From Patescibacteria group bacterium (GTDB lineage Bacteria > Patescibacteriota > Microgenomatia > UBA10105 > UBA927): DNA of 64,000 bases. Below, in pieces: positions 44,476-53,699 of the stretch (positions are counted from its first letter, which is position 1; each line of letters starts with the position of its first letter). Below the pieces are notes generated by a model. That model saw only the letters and a program-made list of their open reading frames with translations, did not search any database and was not told the origin of the DNA. The stretch lies in assembly GCA_038062895.1 (NCBI GenBank), contig JBBTWJ010000005.1:67715-131714 (forward strand), in the 5' to 3' direction. Position numbers and translations under genes: made by a program.

Positions 44476-47286
44476 ATGATACCTGTTGATTCAGAAGTTC
44501 GCATTGGCTCTTGGCCACCAATTCCCATTGGTTCTATTCTTTCTGACGAGGTGTTGAATCCAATTACGTTTACAGACGCAGCGGCAATCATGGACCCTTT
44601 GGCGACAGCCATTGTTCCCTCTCGATTGGATAACCACAATTTGATTAAATCCCCAGACATAACATTCCTTAGTGTGGACAACATTCTTGCGTTGCCTAGC
44701 GTGAGAGAGCAAATTCAAAAAGCAGAAACCGTCATTCAGATAAACAAAGAATGGAGCGAGGCTTGGGGGAAAGATGGAATAAGCAGATGGAATCGCTGGG
44801 ATGGAACCGAATCATACACACAACCTATCATCGATCCAAACATTATCCAGATCGCCGTGGCAGAGATGGTCGGAAGACACCAGGCAGGCTATGCGTCAGA
44901 CGCAGAGACTGTAGATCATAACACCGTTGTCACTTTACACGCGAATTATGATGCCATACAGACGCAGATCGCAGAATTTGAAAATAAGCACCCCGATCCA
45001 GAGATGTGGTCCAATAGAGAAAGAATCCAACATGACAGACTGTTAAGAAATAGCGATAGAGCAGCCGTGGCGTGGGGGGAAGCGGATATCCAGCCTGAGC
45101 GCCGTATTCTAGAAAGTCAAACAGCAAAGCTTGGTGATTTATCCCGCGCAGCAGAACAGGCGGTTGCTGACGCTTCATGGTATAGCGACGGTATTAATCG
45201 AAGTGCTGACGGGTACCAGCACGTAGCCAAAGCCGGAGAGAGATCTGTTTTATTAAGCCATCAAAGTTTTAGTGCGATGGAAGCCATGCGATTAGGAGAA
45301 AAAGCTGATGAGGCGTTATCCGCGGTCGATACGCAGATAAAAGAGAATGCAAAGGATGAGAATAATGCGGGATGGGCCTACATGATGGCAGGATTACCGT
45401 GGGCCGGCATAGTTCTAAATAACAATTTACCTGCATGGAAAAGGGCGATATTTGGTGCTGGAGCATTTGCCACCGCTTTGTGGTCTTGTGTCCCTCTGGT
45501 TCCCGGTCAAGGCCCTAAACCGACCCCGACGGAGCCTTCTATGGGCTTGGTAAATGATGGATTTGTGATCGCTCCTGACATCCGCAGTCAGATCGTCCAG
45601 GCGGGAATCAATGTTGATGGGTGCCGGAAGGATGAACGATTCTTTGCCGATTTAGCGACAAATCATCCGGGCACGTTAGATCAGTTTAATACGCTTTCAC
45701 AGGTTGCCTACAAAGCATATGAAAAGTCAGGAACAGGCGCAGGTATCGGTGCGATCCAATGCGAGTTAAGCAAGGATGGCAAAAATGTGCTTGTCTATTA
45801 CACGACTCGCGATTGGAAGAAGATCCTTATTCCCACGCTGGAGGGGCTTCTCATTCCAGGAAGAAAGACTGATAGCGGGGCGCTGGAGGTCATCGATCAA
45901 CCATCTGCTACGCCGATTGTCCCGGACACGAGGGCGGTTCGCGTTCCTGATGCTATTCCTCCCGCAGGTGGAGCAATACCAGAGCTGTTGCGTGCTGGTG
46001 AGCCCGCAGAAGTAGCGAGATTGAAAGCGTCGTTGGTTAAATTTGGAATAAATCCGGACGACGTTAATATACAATTTTTTGACGATCCTACAGGATCCTA
46101 CCAGTGGGCGCACATCATAACAGCAAAAGATGGGTCCTATGTGGCGCTCCCCCATCTTACTAATGGGCAAATTGCTTCACGGCCGGATTTCACTTCATCA
46201 TACGGCGAAGTGAAATTTGATGGATGGACTAAAGTGCAGATCCCGAAGGGAGTTTCTGGTAATATCGTCGGAGTTTTTGTAGAGGGAAACGATTTACCTC
46301 AAGTACTTATCATAGATAAAACTCCGGGAGCAGATGGAAAGATGAAGGTGTTAGCCGTATTTGATCCGGTAAAATCAGAATGGAAGAAAGCAGATGGAGG
46401 CAGTCTAGTCCCACCAACTCCAACCCTTGCTCCTGTCCCCACCCTCGTGCCGATCTCGACGCCGGAGGTGCGGAATTGGGTGATAAACCCACCAAAGAAT
46501 TTTGCGGAGTGTTGTGCAAAATTTGATGAAAAAACAAATAATTTTGCAACGGTGAAGGCTAAAGAGCTTATGAAGACCTATCTCTCAACCCACGACTTGC
46601 AAGCTGATTTAGCAAAAGCAAAGCCTTATTATCGGGCCCCCGGTTTCTTTTCAGAAGCCGATGTAAATGACGAGGGGAGATTAGCGGATACAAATGTTGG
46701 TCGACTTCGCAGCGCGATTCATATTGGTACTTTTGCTGTGGATCTCCCTCACATGAATTTTGGAACAGAAAAAGATATCACGATTCATGCTGATGTCGGG
46801 GTGTATTTGCCTCAAGATAATCCGGATCCAGACAAACCCATAATTGCCGTTAAGCAGTTTTCATTTGTATATACGGGGTCAGGTAAAAAAATAGCATTTG
46901 GTATGGATTGGGTGTTGAAAGAGACCATCGTTGATGGGAAAACCGTGATGAACATTAACAGTGATAGGACAGCAGAGCCGATTGGTCAGGCCGTGAGCTT
47001 ATATGAGCTTGTCGCTTCGGCTGATGCTGGAATGTATGAAAGAGGTCTTGATCCGAAATACAAAAATGATTCGAGATATAGCCCAATCGCTGCAGTTGAA
47101 GGCAAGTCGCTCATGGATATATTTGATATGGTCGGTCCGGTCCAGCTTACGAAAGAAATGACCGATGCACAGGCCGCTGGCGGTAAGGAGGCAATAGCAA
47201 AATTGCTTGGTGAAAAGCTGGATAAGCGCAAAAGCATTTTGCTTCATGCTGTCATTATCAGAACTGTCCCCGGATCTAAATATTAA
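44476..47286 (+). CDS. Large (936 aa) hypothetical protein with one central TM helix
   Basis: ORF track. TM AIFGAGAFATALWSCVPLV. No catalytic motif recognised. Confidence 0.55.
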   Translation: MIPVDSEVRIGSWPPIPIGSILSDEVLNPITFTDAAAIMDPLATAIVPSRLDNHNLIKSPDITFLSVDNILALPSVREQIQKAETVIQINKEWSEAWGKDGISRWNRWDGTESYTQPIIDPNIIQIAVAEMVGRHQAGYASDAETVDHNTVVTLHANYDAIQTQIAEFENKHPDPEMWSNRERIQHDRLLRNSDRAAVAWGEADIQPERRILESQTAKLGDLSRAAEQAVADASWYSDGINRSADGYQHVAKAGERSVLLSHQSFSAMEAMRLGEKADEALSAVDTQIKENAKDENNAGWAYMMAGLPWAGIVLNNNLPAWKRAIFGAGAFATALWSCVPLVPGQGPKPTPTEPSMGLVNDGFVIAPDIRSQIVQAGINVDGCRKDERFFADLATNHPGTLDQFNTLSQVAYKAYEKSGTGAGIGAIQCELSKDGKNVLVYYTTRDWKKILIPTLEGLLIPGRKTDSGALEVIDQPSATPIVPDTRAVRVPDAIPPAGGAIPELLRAGEPAEVARLKASLVKFGINPDDVNIQFFDDPTGSYQWAHIITAKDGSYVALPHLTNGQIASRPDFTSSYGEVKFDGWTKVQIPKGVSGNIVGVFVEGNDLPQVLIIDKTPGADGKMKVLAVFDPVKSEWKKADGGSLVPPTPTLAPVPTLVPISTPEVRNWVINPPKNFAECCAKFDEKTNNFATVKAKELMKTYLSTHDLQADLAKAKPYYRAPGFFSEADVNDEGRLADTNVGRLRSAIHIGTFAVDLPHMNFGTEKDITIHADVGVYLPQDNPDPDKPIIAVKQFSFVYTGSGKKIAFGMDWVLKETIVDGKTVMNINSDRTAEPIGQAVSLYELVASADAGMYERGLDPKYKNDSRYSPIAAVEGKSLMDIFDMVGPVQLTKEMTDAQAAGGKEAIAKLLGEKLDKRKSILLHAVIIRTVPGSKY

Positions 47287-47341
47287 AGCACAGGTTATTA
47301 CTTCATAAGTAATCCTCTTCCGGTAATTCTCTTCCTCTCTT

Positions 47342-47947
47342 GTGTTTTTCTCCCAAACTTGTTCTAATGGTTGTAGAGATATGCCCACAAAAAAATTAGG
47401 CTTATTCCTTCTTGGTCTGCTTGCAATTAGTGTTCTTACTTTTGTTATTGTCGGGCTACGGAAACTTAGATCGCTTCCTCCTCCACGGCCCATCTTCGTA
47501 ACGGAGGCAGATCGGAATACCCCGACGAATCTTCTGGATAAGAAGCAGGATAGAAATTATGTAACCACGCTTTCCAAGTCTCCGAATATATTCCAGATCC
47601 AGGGGGTGATAAGCGGGATTACGAGTGGGTCATTTACTCTATGGTCGCAGAAAAATTATTCCGTCTCGACGAATGATAAAAGTGTGGTGGAGTGTCGGGA
47701 TAAGTTCATAAAGATGGCCGATGGAAGTTTAGCTCTGGCGTACTCTACGTTTCTGGACCTTTCTAAATATGTGGCAACACTTCAAACGAATAGAGATACG
47801 TTCCTTAAACAAGGGAAAATATTTCTGTATAAGGATGTATATAAGAAAATAGAGCCGGATACATGGGTGACGGGGGTTTTTCAGGAACAGGAAGAAAAAG
47901 AGAAGAAGTATCTATTGGATGTAGTACTCGTCTATGGGTGTAAATAG
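47342..47947 (+). CDS. Membrane-anchored hypothetical protein
   Basis: TM LGLFLLGLLAISVLTFVIVGL. Likely start MPTKK at 47381. Confidence 0.45.
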   Translation: MFFSQTCSNGCRDMPTKKLGLFLLGLLAISVLTFVIVGLRKLRSLPPPRPIFVTEADRNTPTNLLDKKQDRNYVTTLSKSPNIFQIQGVISGITSGSFTLWSQKNYSVSTNDKSVVECRDKFIKMADGSLALAYSTFLDLSKYVATLQTNRDTFLKQGKIFLYKDVYKKIEPDTWVTGVFQEQEEKEKKYLLDVVLVYGCK

Positions 47948-49661
47948 TCCTATCAGAACCTTCATAGTGATGATAATAGGGTGTATTTTGGCATCGTTTT
48001 TTTTCGCGACAAGCGTATCGGCTCAAAATTTTTGTTCGGCTAACTGCGGGGAAACATCGACATCGTGTACGTCAGTAAATCAGGTATATTGTACGCAACA
48101 TCAAGCGTGGGTAATGTTTTATTGTAATGCCTATTCAGAGCCCGGGTGTGTAGATGGCGAGCGATTAGTGAACGTAGCTGATCCTGATTGCATCATAAGT
48201 CCTGCCCCTTGTGTCCAGGAAATATGTTGCACCTACTGCGTTCCCGGAGATTGCGGGACGGCGGCGCCGACGGCGTCACCCACGCCCGGCGCGACCGCCA
48301 CGCCGGGGCCGTCACCTACGCCAGGACCGACGAGCGGTGGGGTGCCTCCGCCATCAGGCACTCCCGCGCCGAGCTGCACCGAGGGAGGACCGTACATCAG
48401 CGCGTGGTCGGTGTGTTCCGGAAGTCCGGCCAAGCACAGTAGGACGGTGGGATATGATTGCTATACAGGCTATATAGAGACGGTAGACTGCACCGGCGCC
48501 ATCCAGGCAAAAGCCGTGCAGGTCTCGGCTGCCGATACATCTTGTGCTGCTGTGGCAGCCTCAACAAATGGCATAACCGGTACGAGTCATGCCTTCACCC
48601 CCGGGTCAGCGAGCCAACCCACGGCCCAGGTCCAGTCAGGAAATAATTACGTGTCCTTCTTCCCTGTCGTTGGCGGGAGCTACACCATCGCGTCTACAGC
48701 GCTAAGCGACTATACCTTGGCCCGTGCCTGCTGGAGCAGAGCGCTCAATGCCCCATTAAGCGGAGAAGCATTATCATCTACCCTCTCTGTTCCGACGGAT
48801 GGCGATACACTGACCTGGCGGTTGGGCTACACGTTCTCCGGTCCGTGGGTGCAAACCGGCGGGGGCGGGAATGTGTATGGGGCGGGGGCGGTGACGTCTC
48901 CGGTTTCGGCGCTTGCCGTTCCCAGATTATTCAGTGTGGATGGCAGCGGCGGGACGCCGGGACTGGTCACCTACGGCACGAGCTATGACTTCGACTCCAA
49001 TCCGCTCCTGACAGGGGAAACGTATGTCTCCTCCGCCAACTGGCTTGCTAATGATGCATACACGAACATAAATTACTATGACTTTTTTTACCGCAAGCTC
49101 GGGGGGATGACGATAGAAAATGCCACAGATGCCGTGGGGGCCGCGATAGACAAAGGTGCTATGACCAAACCCGCAACGGGCACCTATTACCTAAAAGGTC
49201 CGGTCACGACGAGCAGCATCGGTTGGGTGATGGGTGCAACAGAGAAGACCATTATCATCATAAATGAATCTACTCCAGGAGCGGGAGATGCAGGTCTGAC
49301 GATAGGAGGACCAATCACCATAACCGCGGGCGGATTTGTAGCATTCATCGTCAACGGAAATATCACGGTTGCCTCCTCCGTGGGTGGACTGTATACCTTG
49401 GACACACCAACCGTTGAAGGTGTTTACGTAACGAGCCCGACGGGGACCCTCGCCACATCGTTAGGAGCGATCGGCAAAGAGCGGCTCGTGGGGCAAGGGA
49501 TATTCGTAGCCGGCTCCTTCCTCCTTCAACGAGATCTGGTGAGTGTGGTCGCAAATACCACGACGGCTGCGGAATTATTTCTTTACAATCCCCGCCTGCT
49601 CATTAGTATGCCCGATTCGATGAAAGACGTACCAATAACTTGGGAGGAAGTAGCACCATAG
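47934..49661 (+). CDS. Secreted cysteine-rich protein with a Pro/Thr/Gly linker
   Basis: Signal peptide IVMIIGCILASFFFATSVSA. Cys-rich block. APTASPTPGATATPGPSPTPGPTSG linker. Confidence 0.55.
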   Translation: MGVNSPIRTFIVMIIGCILASFFFATSVSAQNFCSANCGETSTSCTSVNQVYCTQHQAWVMFYCNAYSEPGCVDGERLVNVADPDCIISPAPCVQEICCTYCVPGDCGTAAPTASPTPGATATPGPSPTPGPTSGGVPPPSGTPAPSCTEGGPYISAWSVCSGSPAKHSRTVGYDCYTGYIETVDCTGAIQAKAVQVSAADTSCAAVAASTNGITGTSHAFTPGSASQPTAQVQSGNNYVSFFPVVGGSYTIASTALSDYTLARACWSRALNAPLSGEALSSTLSVPTDGDTLTWRLGYTFSGPWVQTGGGGNVYGAGAVTSPVSALAVPRLFSVDGSGGTPGLVTYGTSYDFDSNPLLTGETYVSSANWLANDAYTNINYYDFFYRKLGGMTIENATDAVGAAIDKGAMTKPATGTYYLKGPVTTSSIGWVMGATEKTIIIINESTPGAGDAGLTIGGPITITAGGFVAFIVNGNITVASSVGGLYTLDTPTVEGVYVTSPTGTLATSLGAIGKERLVGQGIFVAGSFLLQRDLVSVVANTTTAAELFLYNPRLLISMPDSMKDVPITWEEVAP

Positions 49662-49951
49662 TACCCCATGTCCGACTCTCCCTCGACTGCGCTCGGGATG
49701 AAGCACATGCGGGATGTCCCGATTACATGGGAAGAGGTTGCGCCATAGTTTTCAATCACGTGGCCCGCCTTCGTCCCTCAACTAGGCTCGGGACTACGGA
49801 CGGGTGAAAGAAGAAGTGGCTCCGTAACATAAGAATGTACGGAGTAAACGCCGTAAAAGAAGGTACGAGAAGTACGAAAGGTACGGGAAGCCCGGCGGGT
49901 GAGCTAATCATTAAATACTGCCAATAGGAAGCGCTTGATTGTGGCTTAATT

Positions 49952-50170
49952 GTGATTTGTTCTGTGGGGAAGTACAATAGAAATGGCATGACCCTCAAAG
50001 AACGCTTCTACAAGGTCTATAATAATTTACCACTCAATCTGCGGGAAGAAGTGATAGTGGTTTTGAGTAACGAGCCGATTACCTGGAAAGTGGCAAAGCT
50101 GGAAGTTGATCAGGATACAGAGCTTTCTCGTATCATTTTGGAAAAACTTGATGGGCTTGGCATGCTATGA
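49952..50170 (+). CDS. Small hypothetical protein (first gene of a 3-gene insert)
   Basis: ORF track. Overlaps the next ORF by 4 nt. Confidence 0.4.
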   Translation: MICSVGKYNRNGMTLKERFYKVYNNLPLNLREEVIVVLSNEPITWKVAKLEVDQDTELSRIILEKLDGLGML

Positions 50171-50403
50171 GAGATATGTATAACAAAAAGAAAGTGACAG
50201 ACGAGGAAATCCGTCAATTGGTCGTTGCCCGGCTCCGGTCGTTTCCTTCGGGCAAGAAGATATCCATCGGTTCCGACGGGGAATTTTCCAAAGAGGAGCT
50301 TATCGATCGCGTGAGTAAAAACGATCCGGTGGGAAATAAGATAATTCAGATACAGCTTTCCTACCTCCAATCGTTCAAAGAAGGCCTTATTTTTGAAGAA
50401 TAA
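50167..50403 (+). CDS. Small hypothetical protein (second gene of the insert)
   Basis: ORF track. Translational coupling on both sides. Confidence 0.4.
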   Translation: MRDMYNKKKVTDEEIRQLVVARLRSFPSGKKISIGSDGEFSKEELIDRVSKNDPVGNKIIQIQLSYLQSFKEGLIFEE

Positions 50404-51049
50404 GTCCATGGTTATCACCCGTCCCAACCACGACATCACCACCAACTACCTCTCTTTTTGGAGTCAATTGGTTATTGATTACGCCGACAAACGGTCCTTG
50501 CGGGTCATAGATCTATGTGGGTCGCGAGCGACGCGAAAAGAATTCGAAAGCGTTTTGCGCAAGCGCGGTGGCCAGGCGTTTATATTTCTTAACGGCCACG
50601 GCAGCGCAGAGAAGGTTGCAGGGCAAAACGATGAAGTGCTTGTGGAGGTCAGAGGAAACGATGATGTATTTTTCGGTACTGTCGTGTATGCCAGATCCTG
50701 TAGTTCTGCGGCAGCACTCGGGCCAAAGAGCGTGGCAAAGGGAGCGATTGCCTACCTTGGGTACACAGACGATTTTGTATTTTTTATTGAAGACGAATGC
50801 ATGACCCGGCCACTTAAAGACAAAACTGCGCGATTGTTTCTCGAACCATCGAACCAGGTGGCAATTGCGATACTTAAAGGACATTCTGTGGGTGAGGCGA
50901 ATGACCTATCGAAAAACATGACAAAACACACCATACAGACTCTTATGACGAGTGAAACTCCGAAAGAGGAGAAAGAACTGATTCCTTATTTACGCTGGAA
51001 CGTCATCCATCAGGTGTGCCTTGGAGACCAGGGTGCCCGTCTGACGTAG
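50393..51049 (+). CDS. Hypothetical protein with a caspase-like (clan CD) His...Cys arrangement
   Basis: AFIFLNGHGS then about 43 aa later TVVYARSCSSAAALG (hydrophobic strand-HG ... hydrophobic strand-xC). Confidence 0.35.
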   Translation: MKNKSMVITRPNHDITTNYLSFWSQLVIDYADKRSLRVIDLCGSRATRKEFESVLRKRGGQAFIFLNGHGSAEKVAGQNDEVLVEVRGNDDVFFGTVVYARSCSSAAALGPKSVAKGAIAYLGYTDDFVFFIEDECMTRPLKDKTARLFLEPSNQVAIAILKGHSVGEANDLSKNMTKHTIQTLMTSETPKEEKELIPYLRWNVIHQVCLGDQGARLT

Positions 51050-51405
51050 AAGAACGGCTCGTGGGACAGGGAATTTTTGTCGCCGGCTCTTTCCTCCTCC
51101 AGCGGGATCTCGAGAGCATCACCCAAAACGATACAACGGCGGCCGAACTTTTTCTCTACAACCCCCGCCTCCTCATCGCCATGCCCGACTCTCCTTCGAC
51201 TCTCTCGTCGATAAGAGCGCGATCGCTCAGGACCATGGCCCCTCGATTTCGCTCGGGACTTCGCATGCGGGATGTGCCGATCACGTGGCCCGCCTTCGTC
51301 CCTCGACTAGGCTCGGGACTACGGACGGGTGAAAGAAGAAGTGGCACCATAGGGGCAAATACTACTCCCCGCGGAGCGGGATCCACGATGCTGTATTTCC
51401 GATAA
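51016..51405 (+). pseudogene. Degenerate duplicate of the 3' end of the 47934-49661 gene
   Basis: ERLVGQGIFVAGSFLLQRDL...AELFLYNPRLLIAMPDS...MRDVPITW parallels the C-terminus of the 575-aa protein. Followed by a near-identical ~67-nt segment (51287-51353 vs 49757-49825). Confidence 0.45.
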
Positions 51406-51568
51406 AAACCGGAAACAGCATCGGGACAATTCTATTAATCATCAAATACTACCAATAAAATACGGAAAGAAATTACTAGCGGGAGAGCCAGTAACGAAAT
51501 GAAATATCTGGGGCAATGACAGACAGGAATTTGACGGCGGAACGGAGTGTGACATATACTTACCCGTA

Positions 51569-51823
51569 ATGAAGCAAGACGTACGCATCACCACAGATCC
51601 GATGGTTTGCCACGGGAAGCCGGTGATCGCCGGAACGCGGGTGATGGTGTGGCAAATCCTTGAGTCTCTTGAATCCGGTTTGACGGCAGGTGATGTGCAG
51701 AAAGCGCATCCAACGCTTCCAAAGGGATCGGTGGAAGCGGCACTCCACTATGCTGCAGAACGGGTCAAATCCATAGAATATGTCCCCTTTGCGCCGCACC
51801 AACAGCCCTACGTTTTTGCTTGA
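51569..51823 (+). CDS. DUF433-family protein (putative antitoxin)
   Basis: ITTDPMVCHGKPVIAGTRVMVWQILESL. Confidence 0.7.
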   Translation: MKQDVRITTDPMVCHGKPVIAGTRVMVWQILESLESGLTAGDVQKAHPTLPKGSVEAALHYAAERVKSIEYVPFAPHQQPYVFA

Positions 51824-51914
51824 TGAAAACGTGAATGTACTACACGATCTTCGTGGCGAGATACAGAACCGATGTATTGTATTAGGTGAGCGAGGATATA
51901 CTATCGTTTCATAA
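51816..51914 (+). pseudogene. Truncated DUF5615-like partner (LLDENVNVLHDLRGEIQNRCIVLGERGYTIVS-stop)
   Basis: Frame read directly. Compare the intact pair at 56167-56738 (LLLDAAFARP...). Confidence 0.4.
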
Positions 51915-52567
51915 TGGAAAACAAGTACGTGCATATTCATATCCTGCGCTCCTCAGGGAGATTTGAGCCGTATTTTAAAATTCTTGAACGAACAATACAA
52001 CGCGCTGTTGAGAAAACAGCGGACTATATTTCTCTCCATCCAATTGATATTGTGGTGTATGACGATTCGCGCCAGGTGATTCCGGGGTTTGGGCATGGGG
52101 GGCGAACCAACAATCCGCATACAATGTGCGTATTTCTTGATCCGGCTTTTCCTGATTTTGAACATACCATCAAAAAAGAAATTCCAAAAACCATTAGTCA
52201 TGAGCTTCACCATGCGGTGCGATGGAAGGCTGTGGGATATGGGATGACACTCCTGGAAAGATTAGTGAGTGAAGGACTCGCAATATGTTTTGAACAGGAT
52301 GTATGGGGAGGAACGCTTTCTCCCTGGGCTACTGCACTGAGTGGTAAATCCTTGGCGGATATACATGAAAAGGCAAAATCGGAATATACCAGTACAACAT
52401 TTCATCATGGCCGTTGGTTTTATGGCACGGGTGATCTCCCTCGCTGGGCGGGATATTCCCTTGGTTATCAGCTTGTCGGCGAGTACCTGAGGGAGCATGC
52501 TGATAAAAACGCAGCAATGCTAGTTAGCACGCCTTTGCAGTCAATGATTGCAAGTGGATTAAGATAA
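51914..52567 (+). CDS. HExxH putative zinc-dependent protease (DUF2268-like)
   Basis: TISHELHHAVRW. Confidence 0.5.
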   Translation: MENKYVHIHILRSSGRFEPYFKILERTIQRAVEKTADYISLHPIDIVVYDDSRQVIPGFGHGGRTNNPHTMCVFLDPAFPDFEHTIKKEIPKTISHELHHAVRWKAVGYGMTLLERLVSEGLAICFEQDVWGGTLSPWATALSGKSLADIHEKAKSEYTSTTFHHGRWFYGTGDLPRWAGYSLGYQLVGEYLREHADKNAAMLVSTPLQSMIASGLR

Positions 52568-52663
52568 TTTAGGAAACGTCAATAGAAATTTTTCTGCCGG
52601 AATTTTTGCAGGGTGGGGATGACCCTTGTTCCGGAGCTCCTTTTCCCGTATACTTAAAGAGTT

Positions 52664-52801
52664 ATGCCAAAGAGAGTCTATCAGCCGAAGAAGAAAAAGA
52701 GAGCGCGAAAGCACGGATTCCGGAGTCGGATGGCAACGCGTGTCGGACGCAAAGTGCTCAAGAGACGAAGATTGACGGGTAGAAAAAAGTTAACCGTTTA
52801 A
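52664..52801 (+). CDS. rpmH: 50S ribosomal protein L34
   Basis: [45 protein letters not shown] read directly. Below the ORF-track length cut-off. Confidence 0.85.
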   Translation: MPKRVYQPKKKKRARKHGFRSRMATRVGRKVLKRRRLTGRKKLTV

Positions 52802-52806
52802 AACAT

Positions 52807-53055
52807 ATGAACATTCATCATTTCACTGTCGTCTTTCAGAAAGAACCGGAGGGGGGCTATACCGCTATCGTTCCGGCGCTTCCCGGATGCGTGACATGGG
52901 GAGAGACAGTGGAAGTGGCTAAGACAGCAGCTCGGGAGGCTATCGAATCGTATCTCGGAAGTCTTGCAAAAGACAACGAAGATACCCCAAGTGATATAAG
53001 CTTTGTGTCAACCATTGATGTTTCTTCGTCTCTCATCCCCCACGCATATGCCTAA
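52807..53055 (+). CDS. hicB: HicB-family antitoxin
   Basis: FTVVFQKEPEGGYTAIVPALPGCVTWGETVEVA. Confidence 0.7.
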   Translation: MNIHHFTVVFQKEPEGGYTAIVPALPGCVTWGETVEVAKTAAREAIESYLGSLAKDNEDTPSDISFVSTIDVSSSLIPHAYA

Positions 53056-53269
53056 ATTGCCGGCCATCCGGCCGCGGGAGCTCGTCGCGAAACTGAAAAA
53101 ACTGGGATTTATCGAGCATCATCAGGTAGGAAGTCACCTTACTATGAAAAACCCAATCACAGGAAGCCGCGCAGTAGTTCCCATGCATCTCAAAGATGTG
53201 AAAAAGGGAACATTAAGCGCATTGCTGCGGGAAGCGCGCGTTGAAAGAGATGAATTTTTGGGCGCTTGA
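53048..53269 (+). CDS. hicA: HicA-family mRNA interferase toxin (start at internal Met MPKLPAIRPRE)
   Basis: RPRELVAKLKKLGFIEHHQVGSHLTMKNP...VPMH. The ORF-track start at 53003 overlaps hicB. Confidence 0.6.
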   Translation: MPKLPAIRPRELVAKLKKLGFIEHHQVGSHLTMKNPITGSRAVVPMHLKDVKKGTLSALLREARVERDEFLGA

Positions 53270-53275
53270 ATACCT

Positions 53276-53689
53276 ATGCTACCACGCAAGAATCGACTCC
53301 CCTCCCCTGAAATCAAATCCATTATGCGCGCCGGGTGGAGGACGAATGGCGATGGGGTCTCCCTTATATATAGGAAGCGTATTGATTCCGGGAATCCTCC
53401 GGATTCCCGGAATCTGAAGTTCAGCCGGTTTGCGTTCGTCGTTCCAGTAAGTGTCGATAAACGCGCGGTGGGGAGAAACCGCTTGAAACGGCTAGCCCGC
53501 GAATCGGTGCGCTTGGCTCTCTCCCATCTCGCGCCCGGATGGGATGGAATTTTTATGGTGCGGAAGGGATTGGGTGAGGAGTTTGGTGTGGTGGATGGGA
53601 AAGTGCGGGAGCTTCTTGGTCGGGCGGGAATGCTTAACGAATCAATAATGACACAGAATAAGACTGGATCCCCGCCTTCGCGGGGATGA
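53276..53689 (+). CDS. rnpA: Ribonuclease P protein component
   Basis: LPRKNRLPSPEIKSIMRAG start. Conserved position between rpmH and yidD. Confidence 0.75.
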   Translation: MLPRKNRLPSPEIKSIMRAGWRTNGDGVSLIYRKRIDSGNPPDSRNLKFSRFAFVVPVSVDKRAVGRNRLKRLARESVRLALSHLAPGWDGIFMVRKGLGEEFGVVDGKVRELLGRAGMLNESIMTQNKTGSPPSRG

Positions 53690-53699
53690 CACACTAAAG

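Noticed and set aside
53276-53689. Odd 137-aa length and C-terminal tail of RnpA (…MTQNKTGSPPSRG)
   Set aside because: Within the normal range for RnpA. The tail may be genuine or the stop may be slightly late. Not enough evidence for a frameshift.
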